The notes: generated from the letters alone by a model not told the origin. A stretch of 64,000 nucleotides of DNA from Gammaproteobacteria bacterium (GCA_965243205.1 CBDEUK010000002.1:128001-192000), one strand, 5' to 3'; numbered from the stretch's first letter, positions 8,351 through 18,392 are shown. A program made the numbers and translations.

Positions 8351-10309
8351 TTGATGGTTCCAAAATACAATAAATCCAATATTGTAAAAGTACTAATGGC
8401 TGTCTTGTCATTAGTTATTATCTTTTCAATATACATTATTAGAGAAAATTTACGTTCAGTTGAATCAGTTTCTACAAAAACTGAAAGCCTGATTAATGTT
8501 CATATAACAGGTTTACAAAAGATTGCTGATCTCGAAAAGTTTGTCAGTGATTCAGTTATAAACTTACATCGATATTATGCAAATATTGATAAAAAGTTTT
8601 ATGACTTAAATGTTGAACAAATTAAATTAATTCGAACATTCATATCCGATAATTCCGTCCTGTTCGAAAATGATGTGAAACTTAAATTGCTAGATAATCT
8701 TCTAGAGTTTGAGCAGCATGGAAATAATTTCGATCAAGAAATGTCTAAATCCGATCGTGATTGGGATCTATTACGCCAACATTTATACGATTCACAAAAA
8801 AGCTCTAATGAAATAACAAAATTGTTAAATGCTACGAGAGAAGATATTAGAGAAAATGTAGAGAAAAATAGTACGCTGACTCTTGATGAAATAACGACAT
8901 TAAATAGTCTGCAAATAATATTTGTTATTGGTCTTTCTTTAGTATTAGCTTACCTTGTTTTTGTTCTCTATGGACGCGTCAAAGATCAAGAAAAACTTTA
9001 TCAACTTGCTTATTTTGATCCAAACACGAATCTTCCAAATAAATCGAATTTTGAAAAAACAACCTCGGAACTGATTGAATTTAATAACTCTGAAAATCAA
9101 ATTATTTTTTTAGTGACTATTGATCAATATAAATTGATAACAGGACGTTTCGGGTATTTGGTTGGAGAGCGTTTAGTTCAAGAAATTTCAAATTGGTTAA
9201 CAGATATTTTAATTGGCGATGAAAATAATTTTAGATTATATAAATTTAGAACAACTTCATGGTTAATACATGCATCAAAAAATCTTGATGCTGATTCGAT
9301 TTCAAATTTTGCTAATAAGTTATTAAATATTCAAAACTCAAGAATTATTATGGATGATATTGAGTTAACGTGTAGTTTTAGTATTGGTATAGCTGTTGAT
9401 AATAATTACGATAAAGAAAAAGTAGATTTAATACGTGAAGCGGATGCGGCATTGAATATTTCTCTACAAGATGGTGGAAATTGTTTTAATATTTACACGG
9501 AACATATGGGTGAGAAAATTAAAGAGTATGTTGATATAGATAGCGCCCTTCGTAGAGCAATAGATAAAGATGAACTCTCTCTTTATTTTCAACCAAAAGT
9601 ACATGCTGTCTCGGGTGAACTTTCTGGTTCAGAAGTGTTATTAAGATGGAATTCAAATGGTAAAATGATAGGGCCTAATATATTTATACCTATCGCAGAA
9701 AGAAGTGGATTAATTGTTCGTATCGGCAACTGGGTGCTTGAAAAAGCATGTGAACAATGGAGTAGTTGGCAACAGCAAGGTTTAGAGCCATCACCCATCG
9801 CAGTCAATATTTCTGCGCTTCAATTTAGAGATCCAAAATTTCCTGAAATTGTTAAATCAATTTTACTTAAAACTAAAATGCCTGCTTATATGTTAGAGCT
9901 GGAAATAACAGAAGAAGTAGCAGCTATCAACCCTGAAGAAATAATTAAAATTTTAAATATGTTAAAACATATAGGTGTTACTATCGCTTTAGATGATTTT
10001 GGAACGGGTTATTCATCATTATCTTATCTAAAACGTTTCCCAATCGATGTGCTTAAAATTGATCAATCATTTGTTAGAGATATGAATGCATCTGATAATG
10101 CTAAAGATATCGTAAAATTGATCGTGGACTTATCTAAAAAATTAAATTATCGAATAGTTGCTGAAGGCGTTGAAACAGATGAGCAATACCAACAATTGAA
10201 AGAGTGGGATTGTGATTATATGCAGGGCTACTTATTTAGTAAGCCAGTTGAAGCAAAAGAGTTTTCAAAAGCTTTGAAACAAGATTCTATAAAAACTGCA
10301 ACTGCTTAG
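8351..10309 (+). CDS. Membrane-anchored GGDEF(degenerate)-EAL c-di-GMP phosphodiesterase
   Basis: Two TM segments flanking a periplasmic helical domain; DPNTNLPN; GGDEF site reads KFRTTSW; EVLLRW, LEITE, DDFGTGYSS, KIDQSF, EGVE, QGY intact. Confidence 0.88.
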   Translation: MMVPKYNKSNIVKVLMAVLSLVIIFSIYIIRENLRSVESVSTKTESLINVHITGLQKIADLEKFVSDSVINLHRYYANIDKKFYDLNVEQIKLIRTFISDNSVLFENDVKLKLLDNLLEFEQHGNNFDQEMSKSDRDWDLLRQHLYDSQKSSNEITKLLNATREDIRENVEKNSTLTLDEITTLNSLQIIFVIGLSLVLAYLVFVLYGRVKDQEKLYQLAYFDPNTNLPNKSNFEKTTSELIEFNNSENQIIFLVTIDQYKLITGRFGYLVGERLVQEISNWLTDILIGDENNFRLYKFRTTSWLIHASKNLDADSISNFANKLLNIQNSRIIMDDIELTCSFSIGIAVDNNYDKEKVDLIREADAALNISLQDGGNCFNIYTEHMGEKIKEYVDIDSALRRAIDKDELSLYFQPKVHAVSGELSGSEVLLRWNSNGKMIGPNIFIPIAERSGLIVRIGNWVLEKACEQWSSWQQQGLEPSPIAVNISALQFRDPKFPEIVKSILLKTKMPAYMLELEITEEVAAINPEEIIKILNMLKHIGVTIALDDFGTGYSSLSYLKRFPIDVLKIDQSFVRDMNASDNAKDIVKLIVDLSKKLNYRIVAEGVETDEQYQQLKEWDCDYMQGYLFSKPVEAKEFSKALKQDSIKTATA

Positions 10310-10385
10310 TTTAATATATCTGCTACTGTTCTATAGAAAGAAAAGCGGTCAACTTATTAACAACATATGTTTTAGCTACAAAAAT

Positions 10386-10601
10386 TTAACTAACATTGGC
10401 AATAATTACTTTCACTAAGAAGTACAGAATTAAGTGAAAAATAAATGCGAATGCAAAGCCAAGTATCACATAGTATTTAATACCTTTTTTTTCTATAAAC
10501 GCTTCATCCCGTTCATAATTTTCTCGGTTTTGCACGCCAATAAAGGCAGCTAAAATACTGTGTGCGAGTTGAAAGAATGTTGGGTCTTTTTGTTCTGCCA
10601 T
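10386..10601 (-). CDS. DUF2970-family small membrane protein
   Basis: SILAAFIGVQNRENYERD followed by one TM helix. Confidence 0.75.
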   Translation of the reverse strand: MAEQKDPTFFQLAHSILAAFIGVQNRENYERDEAFIEKKGIKYYVILGFAFAFIFHLILYFLVKVIIANVS

Positions 10602-10645
10602 CTTAATTAGCCTGTAAAATTTTTAATTCATAAACAGTTTATGTT

Positions 10646-10743
10646 CTGTCTATAAATAAGTACAGATATAAAAAAACATTTGTTTATAGGGTCAGTTCTG
10701 GTTACAGTTATTCTGTACCTAACTATTTTTATGGAACTGTACC
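10646..10743. promoter_or_regulatory. Putative MocR-family operator repeats
   Basis: CTGTACC direct repeats at 10713-10719 and 10737-10743; inverted copy GTACAG at 10660-10665; CTGT at 10646. Confidence 0.45.
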
Positions 10744-10744
10744 C

Positions 10745-12151
10745 ATGAAAACGCATAAATACCGTCAACTCGAACAGCATTTGCGCGATGAAATATATTC
10801 CGGCCAACGTAAGATGGGTGAACGCATGCCCAGTATTAAAAGTTTATGCGCCGAGAAAAAAGTCTCGAAATCAACGGTTATCAATGCCTATACACGATTA
10901 GAAGCCGATGGATTCATCGCCGCCAGACCACGCTCGGGTTATTACGTTGTTTATTCAAATGAAACTCAACTAAAAGCTCCTTCGCCAAGTAGCCCAGTAT
11001 CGAAACCAGTATTTGCATCAGCTGCTCAGGTCTTCGTTGATATCATGGAACAAGGGGCTGCCTTCGATATTTTGCCAAAAAATAACGATTTAAATTCTAA
11101 TGAATCTCTTAAGCGTTGTTTAAGTCGAGCTAACCGCCAATCAAGTGGGAAAAATCTTTATTATTATGATGAACCAATGGGAGTGGAATCGTTAAGAGAA
11201 CAATTAGCGCAAAGAATTGGTTATGGGGGAGGCAGTGTCCGGTCAGATGAAGTCATGATTACTTCAGGTTGTCAGCATGCATTGTTGCTTGCCTTGATGG
11301 CCTGTACTTCGCGAGGGGATGTTGTTGCTGTTGAGTCTCCTGGTTTTTATGGTGTATTAGAATTACTTGAGTTACTCGGTTTACAAGTGATTGAGTTACC
11401 TTGCTCCGCAGAAACGGGTCTTAGTCCTGAGGCTCTAAGTTTGGCATTGGAGCATTGGGAAATTAAAGCGTTGATTGTTACGCCTAATTTCGCAACGCCT
11501 ACAGGCGCCCAAATGCCGGAAAAGAATAAACTAGAAATTATAGAGATTGCCCATAAACATAATATGACAATTATTGAAGATGATATCTATGGCGAGCTGA
11601 TGTTTGATATGCAACGTCCTCGAACTTTATTATCGTATGATTCTTATGACATTGTTATTTACTGTTCTTCGTTTTCAAAAAGTTTATCCAGAGATTTAAG
11701 ACTTGGTTGCATAGTCACTGCTAATTTTATGAAAGAAGTTAAGCGGCTTAAACTTATTACAGTTCTATCATCAAGTGTGGCATTACAAAGAGGTGTTAGC
11801 GCATTTTTAGAAGAGGGAGGTTACGATAGACATTTAAGAATATTCAGACAAACACTTAAACATCAGTGTCATGAACTTTTGAGTTTAATACCAACCTTGA
11901 TACCCAATTACATTAGTTGCAGTCAACCAAAAGGTGGCTTAGCTCTTTGGCTTGAACTTCCTACTAATGTATATACCTTGGACTTATATATAAAAGCCAG
12001 AGAGGAGGGCATCATTATTGCCCCTGGTCGCTTATTCACTGCACAAGACAGATACAATAATTTTTTAAGGATAAGTTTTTTACATGCATGGGATGAATCT
12101 AGAAAATCTGCACTTAAACGTTTAGGCGAAATGATTCGTGATTGGCAATGA
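10745..12151 (+). CDS. MocR/GabR-family PLP-dependent transcriptional regulator (GntR HTH + aminotransferase domain)
   Basis: GERMPSI...VSKSTVINAY..LEADG.I.ARPRSGYYV; IIEDDIY; SFSKSL..DLRLG. Confidence 0.92.
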   Translation: MKTHKYRQLEQHLRDEIYSGQRKMGERMPSIKSLCAEKKVSKSTVINAYTRLEADGFIAARPRSGYYVVYSNETQLKAPSPSSPVSKPVFASAAQVFVDIMEQGAAFDILPKNNDLNSNESLKRCLSRANRQSSGKNLYYYDEPMGVESLREQLAQRIGYGGGSVRSDEVMITSGCQHALLLALMACTSRGDVVAVESPGFYGVLELLELLGLQVIELPCSAETGLSPEALSLALEHWEIKALIVTPNFATPTGAQMPEKNKLEIIEIAHKHNMTIIEDDIYGELMFDMQRPRTLLSYDSYDIVIYCSSFSKSLSRDLRLGCIVTANFMKEVKRLKLITVLSSSVALQRGVSAFLEEGGYDRHLRIFRQTLKHQCHELLSLIPTLIPNYISCSQPKGGLALWLELPTNVYTLDLYIKAREEGIIIAPGRLFTAQDRYNNFLRISFLHAWDESRKSALKRLGEMIRDWQ

Positions 12152-12183
12152 GATTGTTCTTAATAATTTATTTTAAAAGTTTA

Positions 12184-12636
12184 TTACAAATCCAATTTAA
12201 AAATTGTTTCACCAGCTAAAATCCGCTTTATCAAATTCTCTTTATCATTGGTCATAAGATCTTTTGCCTGTTCTGGGATATATGAATTCGGAAATGTTTT
12301 TTCTGACCATAAGGCAAATTCAATGAGGACTGGCGCGAAAGAACGACCAATATCAGTCAGTTCATAAATCACTTTTTTTCCATGATTCGGATGAGGCTTT
12401 TTTTCGATTAACTTATATTGTTGTAGTCTTTCGAGACGCTCACAAAGAATATTGGTAGCAATACCTTCTCCAGAATTTAATAAATGACCGTACTCATTAC
12501 GATTAGTAAACATTAAATCTCTTAAGATAAGCATCGTCCAACGGTCACCAATCAGTTCTAAGCCATTGGCGATAGCGCATGCTGAACGAGATTTATGGCA
12601 ATCTGGTTTACTGTCTTTCAAAGTTTTTTTAGTCAT
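12184..12636 (-). CDS. HxlR-family winged-helix regulator with N-terminal Cys
   Basis: RSACAIANGLELIGDRWTMLILRDL...GIATNILCERL...YELTDIG; ATG 12636 preferred because the longer ORF overlaps the operator. Confidence 0.85.
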   Translation of the reverse strand: MTKKTLKDSKPDCHKSRSACAIANGLELIGDRWTMLILRDLMFTNRNEYGHLLNSGEGIATNILCERLERLQQYKLIEKKPHPNHGKKVIYELTDIGRSFAPVLIEFALWSEKTFPNSYIPEQAKDLMTNDKENLIKRILAGETIFKLDL

Positions 12637-12661
12637 CTTTTCTATAATATCACGATTAATA

Positions 12662-12720
12662 TACTTGCAAATCACAAGTAAATATTGTTATAGTCTAACT
12701 TACTTGCAAAATAAAAGTAA
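12662..12720. promoter_or_regulatory. Two TACTTG-N7-(C/A)AAGTA inverted-repeat operators overlapping the divergent hxlR/gst promoters
   Basis: TACTTG-caaatca-CAAGTA 12662-12680 and TACTTG-caaaata-AAAGTA 12701-12719; TTGCAA 12665 and TGnTATAGT 12686-12694 on + strand. Confidence 0.7.
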
Positions 12721-12736
12721 CTTTAGAGAATAATAG

Positions 12737-13384
12737 ATGAAGATTTTCAGTTTTCCTACCTTGAATTTAACAAAAGTAGTGCTGGCTGCGGAAGAAGTAG
12801 GTCTCGACTATGAACTTGATTTAATGGAAATTACATCAGGGGCTCATAAATCACCCGAACACATAGAGAGACATCCATTAGGGAAAGTTCCAGCAATTGA
12901 ACTTGATGGGGTTTTTTACTTCGAAAGTAATTCAATAGTGAGATTGTTAGCAGAAAAGTATGGACAACAACTGTATGCAAATACACCAGAGGCTAGAGCA
13001 GTGATAAATCAATGGATAGATTTTATGGGTTATCATGCCGGTCGTTGGTTAACGGTTTATCTTTTTGAAGAATGTTTTAAACCAACTTTTTTAGAGAGTG
13101 AACCTAACCAATCAAAGTTGGATGAAGCTGGAGAATATTTAACGCAACAATTACCAATCCTAGAGCAGCAATTAGCAAAATATTTTTTTATATGCAGGGA
13201 AACAATCAGCATTGCAGATATCATAGCATTTAGTTTTATTCACACTACGGATCTTACCTCTATTGATATCAGTGGTTTTCCAAGAATTCTCGAATGGAAA
13301 CAAGCAATGGAATCACGACCTTCGTTTATAAATGCGATGTCAAAGTTTCCTAAACAAGATATTTATTTCGAACTTAGAAAATAA
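12737..13384 (+). CDS. Glutathione S-transferase family protein
   Basis: HPLGKVPAI, FESNSI, ISIADI, FPRILEW...SRPSF. Confidence 0.9.
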   Translation: MKIFSFPTLNLTKVVLAAEEVGLDYELDLMEITSGAHKSPEHIERHPLGKVPAIELDGVFYFESNSIVRLLAEKYGQQLYANTPEARAVINQWIDFMGYHAGRWLTVYLFEECFKPTFLESEPNQSKLDEAGEYLTQQLPILEQQLAKYFFICRETISIADIIAFSFIHTTDLTSIDISGFPRILEWKQAMESRPSFINAMSKFPKQDIYFELRK

Positions 13385-13418
13385 CAGATTCAAAAATTAC
13401 ATTAATTAGGACATCTTA

Positions 13419-15758
13419 ATGGCGAATACACTCAAACGTTATACAAACTTTATTCTTAATCACCCCTTTTTAGTCATACTCATGAGTTTACTTATGATTG
13501 GATTAGTAGGCAGTGGTGGGAAACATTTGGAATTTAATACCAATTATCGAGTGTTTTTTTCGGATGCTAATCCGCAAATGGAAGCATTTGATCAAATAGA
13601 AAAAGTTTATATAAAAACAGACAACGTTCTTTTTACCATTAAAGCCAAAGAGGGCGATGTTTTTCAACCAAGGATTTTACAGTTAGTACAGGATTTAACA
13701 GCAGATGGTTGGAAATTACCTTACTCACAAAGAGTTGATTCGATCACTAATTTCCAACATTCGTATGCCGAAGGTGATGATCTAACAGTTTTAGATTTAG
13801 TTGAGGGTGATCCGAGTCAAAAGACTCAACAAGAATTAGATGAGTTAAAACAAATTGCTCTTAAAGAACCAATCCTCAGTGGTAAATTAATTAATAAACA
13901 AGCTACGGCAACAGGTGTTAATGTTTTAATTAACCTTCCACGTAAAAAAATGACTGAAGTACCAGAAGTTGCAGCAGCCGCACGTGAATTAGTTGCAAAG
14001 TATCAAGAGCTATATCCTGAAATAGAAATCCATCCTTCTGGAATGGTATTTATGAACAATGCGTTCATGGAAAATTCAATGCAGGATATGTCGAAATTAA
14101 TGCCGATGATGTTTGTTATGTTATTGGTTGTTATGGTTGTATTGGTTCGTTCTGTTTCAGCAACGTTTGCAACACTCATTATTATTATGTTTTCTGCGAT
14201 GGCTGCTATGGGCTTTGGTGGTTGGATGGGCTTCCCCTTAACTCCTCCATCGGCTTTAACTCCCACTATTGTCTTAACATTGGCCATCGCAGATTCTATT
14301 CATATCGTAGTTTCAGTTATAAAAGGGATGCATGCAGGATTGAGTAAACGAGACGCTCTTGTTGATTCAATGCGTATTAATTTTCAACCTATATTCTTAA
14401 CTTCAGTAACGACTATCATCGGTTTTTTAAGCCTTAACTTTTCGGATAGTCCTCCGTTTTGGCATTTAGGTAATATGACGGCGTTTGGTATTGGTGCTGC
14501 GTTTGTTTTCTCTGTCTTTTTATTACCTGCGTTATTAATGTTGTTACCACTTAATTTTAAACCGAGAAAAGAGAATGAATATGGCTTAATGGAACGTTTT
14601 GCAGACTTTGTTGTTAAGTTTAATCGTGCTTTATTAGTAGTATCAGTATTATTGACTGCATTGATAGGCTCAATGATTTCTAAAATAGAGATTAATGATC
14701 AATTCGTTCAATACTTTGATTATTCTATATCGTTCAGACCTGATACCGAATTCATGATGGAAAATCTAAGTGGTATATACACCTTCGAATATTCGGTACC
14801 TTCAAAAGGTCCTGAGCAAATTACACAGCCAGAATACCTCCAAAACCTTTCTGAGTTTACAGATTGGTTACGTACACAACCAGAAGTCGATCATGTATTT
14901 TCTATGTCAGATGTATTTAAACGTTTAAACAAAAATATGCATGCTGATGATGAAACGATGTATCGAATTCCAGATCGACAAGATATGGCTGCGCAATACT
15001 TATTACTCTATGAGTTTTCATTGCCATATGGTTTAGATTTAAATGATCGCGTTAACATCGATAAGAGTGCAACACGAGTAACCGTGACGATCAAAGATTT
15101 ATCAACCAAAGAAGGGCGTGCGTTTAAAGCACGTACAGAAAAATGGTTAGATGATAACGCTCCGAGTTATATGAAATCTGAAGCAACCAGTCCTGCGGTT
15201 ATGTTTTCATTCATATCTGAACGTAATATTAACTCAATGGTTCGCGGTAATATTTTATCCTTAGTGCTAATTTCCGGCATTATACTAGTTGCTTTAAGAA
15301 GTTTTTCGATGGGGATTCTTTCATTAGTACCTAACCTTATGCCGCTAGTATTAGGCTTTGGTTTTTGGGGCATGTTAATTGGACAAATTAACATGGCAGT
15401 AGCATTTGCGTTTGCTGTGTGTCTTGGGATCATTGTGGATGATACGATCCATTTTCTTTCTAAATACATTCGTGCACGACGTGAAAAACATCTTGATGCA
15501 AGACAAGCGATTCGTTATGCCTTTCATACAGTTGGTTCGGCTTTATTTATGACAACAGTGATCTTAGTGGGTGGATTTATTGTATTAGCGCAATCAGGAT
15601 TCCAAATGAATTCATATCTGGGTTTATTAGTTGGAATAGTCATTAGCTCGGCATTATTCCTCGATTTTTTATTATTACCTCCATTATTAATTTTAATTGA
15701 AGATATACGTAATTATTTTAAAAAGGGTGTACAAAATGAAGCACTACAAAATACATAA
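13419..15758 (+). CDS. MMPL/RND-family transporter (copy 1)
   Basis: Two MMPL repeats; LAIADSIH (TM4) and GIIVDDTIH (TM10); LTSVTTIIGFLSL; LPYGLDLN. Confidence 0.9.
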   Translation: MANTLKRYTNFILNHPFLVILMSLLMIGLVGSGGKHLEFNTNYRVFFSDANPQMEAFDQIEKVYIKTDNVLFTIKAKEGDVFQPRILQLVQDLTADGWKLPYSQRVDSITNFQHSYAEGDDLTVLDLVEGDPSQKTQQELDELKQIALKEPILSGKLINKQATATGVNVLINLPRKKMTEVPEVAAAARELVAKYQELYPEIEIHPSGMVFMNNAFMENSMQDMSKLMPMMFVMLLVVMVVLVRSVSATFATLIIIMFSAMAAMGFGGWMGFPLTPPSALTPTIVLTLAIADSIHIVVSVIKGMHAGLSKRDALVDSMRINFQPIFLTSVTTIIGFLSLNFSDSPPFWHLGNMTAFGIGAAFVFSVFLLPALLMLLPLNFKPRKENEYGLMERFADFVVKFNRALLVVSVLLTALIGSMISKIEINDQFVQYFDYSISFRPDTEFMMENLSGIYTFEYSVPSKGPEQITQPEYLQNLSEFTDWLRTQPEVDHVFSMSDVFKRLNKNMHADDETMYRIPDRQDMAAQYLLLYEFSLPYGLDLNDRVNIDKSATRVTVTIKDLSTKEGRAFKARTEKWLDDNAPSYMKSEATSPAVMFSFISERNINSMVRGNILSLVLISGIILVALRSFSMGILSLVPNLMPLVLGFGFWGMLIGQINMAVAFAFAVCLGIIVDDTIHFLSKYIRARREKHLDARQAIRYAFHTVGSALFMTTVILVGGFIVLAQSGFQMNSYLGLLVGIVISSALFLDFLLLPPLLILIEDIRNYFKKGVQNEALQNT

Positions 15759-16575
15759 TTTTATTAGCACTACATTATTTGCTGCATTACTTTCTGCAAA
15801 TACCTATGCAGAAGTCAGTAAAGATGAATTAATTAAGGCCGGTAGTCCTGAAGAAATTGGTGAAGCTATCGCAGTTGAATTCGATAATCGTGATTTAGGT
15901 TTTGAAAGTCAGGTTTCAAAGATGCAAATGATTTTAAAAAATGCACACGGTGGTGAAAACCGTCGAGAAATGGAAGCTCGCATTTTTGAACGTCAACCAA
16001 GAGATATTGGCGACAAATCAATGTTAGTCTTTTTTAATCCACGTGATATCAATGGTACCGCATTAGTATCGCATGCCAATATCTTGGAAGCAGATGATCA
16101 GTGGTTATATTTACCTGCTGTGAAACGAGTAAAAAGGATTTCTTCTAAAAATAAATCGGGTCCTTTTGTGGGTTCCGAATTTGCTTATGAAGATATTACC
16201 GGTAACGAAGTTGGTAAATATGCTTGGCGTTATGATGGTTTAGAGCCTTGTCCTATTCTGGGAACAGAATGTTTTAAACTGACATCAACGCCTAAATACA
16301 AACATTCTGGATATACTAAACGAATCGTTTGGGTTGATACTGAAGAGTTTCGAGTCGATAGAATTGATTTTTATGATCGAAAGGATGAATTACTGAAAAC
16401 TCAAACATATCATTCTTATAGTGAATATTTAGATAAACATTGGCGTGCAGATAGTTGGAAAATGGTGAATCATCAAACAGGAAAAAGTACAGATTTGTTG
16501 TTTGAAAATTATCAGTTTAAAACAGGTTTGACAGATAAAGACTTTGATAAAGCAGCATTAAAACGTGTACGTTAA
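15736..16575 (+). CDS. Periplasmic LolA-like (outer membrane lipoprotein-sorting-type) protein (copy 1)
   Basis: Signal peptide; DDQWLYLPAVKRVKRIS..NKSGPFVGSEFAYEDI; LLKT; MVNHQTGKST; ATG 15736 after AAGGGTG overlaps the MMPL 3' end. Confidence 0.85.
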   Translation: MKHYKIHNFISTTLFAALLSANTYAEVSKDELIKAGSPEEIGEAIAVEFDNRDLGFESQVSKMQMILKNAHGGENRREMEARIFERQPRDIGDKSMLVFFNPRDINGTALVSHANILEADDQWLYLPAVKRVKRISSKNKSGPFVGSEFAYEDITGNEVGKYAWRYDGLEPCPILGTECFKLTSTPKYKHSGYTKRIVWVDTEEFRVDRIDFYDRKDELLKTQTYHSYSEYLDKHWRADSWKMVNHQTGKSTDLLFENYQFKTGLTDKDFDKAALKRVR

Positions 16576-17746
16576 ATCATTCATAATTTTTTTATTCCTT
16601 ATATTGCATACAGGAATTTCAATAGCCGGAGAACTCTCCGGCTTCATTGCAGCTGAACACAGACAATTTTTTTCGAGCGAACAATTTTCTGGACAAAAAG
16701 AGGGTTCTGTACCTTCATTAATTATAGAACCAGAATATATCAGTCGTTCCGAAAATGGTGACCATTCTTTCATAGCAAAATTATTTTACCGTTATGATCC
16801 AGTTGATGCTGAACGCTCGCACTTTGATGTGCGACAGGCTGATTGGACATATGCAAATAATGATTGGGAACTGCGTGTAGGTATGAGTCGTGTTTTTTGG
16901 GGAGTGATTGAATCGCGAAAGTTAGTTGATACCTTAAATCAAGTGGATGCTGTAGAAGACGTTGATGAAGAAGATAGATTGGGACAAGCCATGTTTCAAT
17001 TTGCGTCGTTTCACGATTGGGGAACACTTCGAGCTTTTTATTTACCGTATTTTCGTGAAAGGACTTTTCCTGGTCGTGAAGGTAGGTTACGACCTGCAGT
17101 TACTGTTGATGATGACGCGGCTCGTTATGAAGAGAATGCTGAAGAATGGTATCCAAATATTGCTTTACGTTATGAACATTATTTTGGTAATTGGGATATT
17201 GGTCTTGCGCAGTTTCATGGCACAGGAAGAGAACCTGTATTTCAATTTGAAAATGGCTTATTCGTTCCTTTTTATGAAACAATCAATCAAACATCGCTCG
17301 ATCTTCAATACACAAATGATGCTTGGTTAGTAAAACTAGAAAGTTTATATCGTGAAGGACAAGGCGATAGCTTTATCGCGTTATCAGGTGGTGTTGAATA
17401 TACCTTGTTTGGAATTTTTGAAACCGATCATGATTTAGGTTTGTTAGTTGAATATCATCATGATGGACGAGATGAAGAAGCACCTATAACATTTTTTGAT
17501 GACGATGTGTTTATTGGTTTTCGTTATGTGTTAAATAATATTTCTGATACTGAAATATTAGCCGGTGTGACTATGGATACTCGTGGTAATGGTAGTATTA
17601 GTGTTGTTGAAGCATCACATCGTATTAATGAACATTTAAAAATCGAAGCAGATGCCAGGATGTTTAATGGCATAGATTCAAATACTCAATTTGCTTTTTT
17701 AAATAATGATGACTTTGCGCAAATTAGATTGTCTTATTATTTTTAA
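16565..17746 (+). CDS. Putative outer-membrane beta-barrel protein (copy 1)
   Basis: Signal peptide, alternating beta-strand pattern, VFWGV.E...VD..NQ.D, LPYFRERTFPG, C-terminal aromatic (LSYYF) BAM-type signal; GTG start overlaps upstream stop. Confidence 0.75.
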   Translation: MYVKSFIIFLFLILHTGISIAGELSGFIAAEHRQFFSSEQFSGQKEGSVPSLIIEPEYISRSENGDHSFIAKLFYRYDPVDAERSHFDVRQADWTYANNDWELRVGMSRVFWGVIESRKLVDTLNQVDAVEDVDEEDRLGQAMFQFASFHDWGTLRAFYLPYFRERTFPGREGRLRPAVTVDDDAARYEENAEEWYPNIALRYEHYFGNWDIGLAQFHGTGREPVFQFENGLFVPFYETINQTSLDLQYTNDAWLVKLESLYREGQGDSFIALSGGVEYTLFGIFETDHDLGLLVEYHHDGRDEEAPITFFDDDVFIGFRYVLNNISDTEILAGVTMDTRGNGSISVVEASHRINEHLKIEADARMFNGIDSNTQFAFLNNDDFAQIRLSYYF

Positions 17747-17774
17747 TATTTTTTAGAAGGATAATTTAATTAAT

Positions 17775-18392
17775 ATGAATAAGAAGAAATTAAAAGATGC
17801 TGAGAAGTTATTTTTAAAAAAGCATCCTTTAGGTTTTGAGTCGCCTGACTTACAAGCTTTAGGCAAAAAACATAAAATGACTCAGATGATTGAGATGGCT
17901 CAAGAAAACTTTAAGAAAAAGAATTTTTCTGATTCATCTATCATTGCGGAATACATGGTCAAAATGGTCAGTCGTTCTTCAATGGTATCAATGTTTGAGA
18001 AACCAAAGTTTCGAGATACTGTTTATCAAGCAAGTGACGAAGAACGAGAGCAATTATCAAAAGGCCTAAAATCGTTTTTACATGGCAGTCAAAAAAGAGG
18101 ATTTGAAACACTAATTGATGTATTGCTTCCTTATAAACTGGCTAAGTGGTCATTAGTGACGGTGATTCCAAATTATTATAAACCAGATGATGAAGTGTTT
18201 ATTAAACCGACAACTGCAAAAGGGGTTATAGAATATTTCGAATTGAAAAATTTAACATACAAACCTCAACCCACTTGGGAGTTCTATGAGAATTATCGCG
18301 ATGTTATTTTATCAATGAGAGAACAAGTCGATGATTCCGTAGCACCTAATAATGCTGCGTTCTGTGGTTTTTTAATGATGAGTATGAATTAA
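17775..18392 (+). CDS. Conserved hypothetical protein
   Basis: 205-aa ORF with RBS (AAGGA); no family confidently recognised. Confidence 0.6.
   Translation: MNKKKLKDAEKLFLKKHPLGFESPDLQALGKKHKMTQMIEMAQENFKKKNFSDSSIIAEYMVKMVSRSSMVSMFEKPKFRDTVYQASDEEREQLSKGLKSFLHGSQKRGFETLIDVLLPYKLAKWSLVTVIPNYYKPDDEVFIKPTTAKGVIEYFELKNLTYKPQPTWEFYENYRDVILSMREQVDDSVAPNNAAFCGFLMMSMN

Noticed and set aside
13419-17746. Assignment of the MMPL operons to the characterised HpnN hopanoid or BstABC sterol transporters
   Set aside because: Partner genes here are LolA-like and beta-barrel proteins, and no hopanoid or sterol biosynthesis genes are in the window, so a specific name is unsupported
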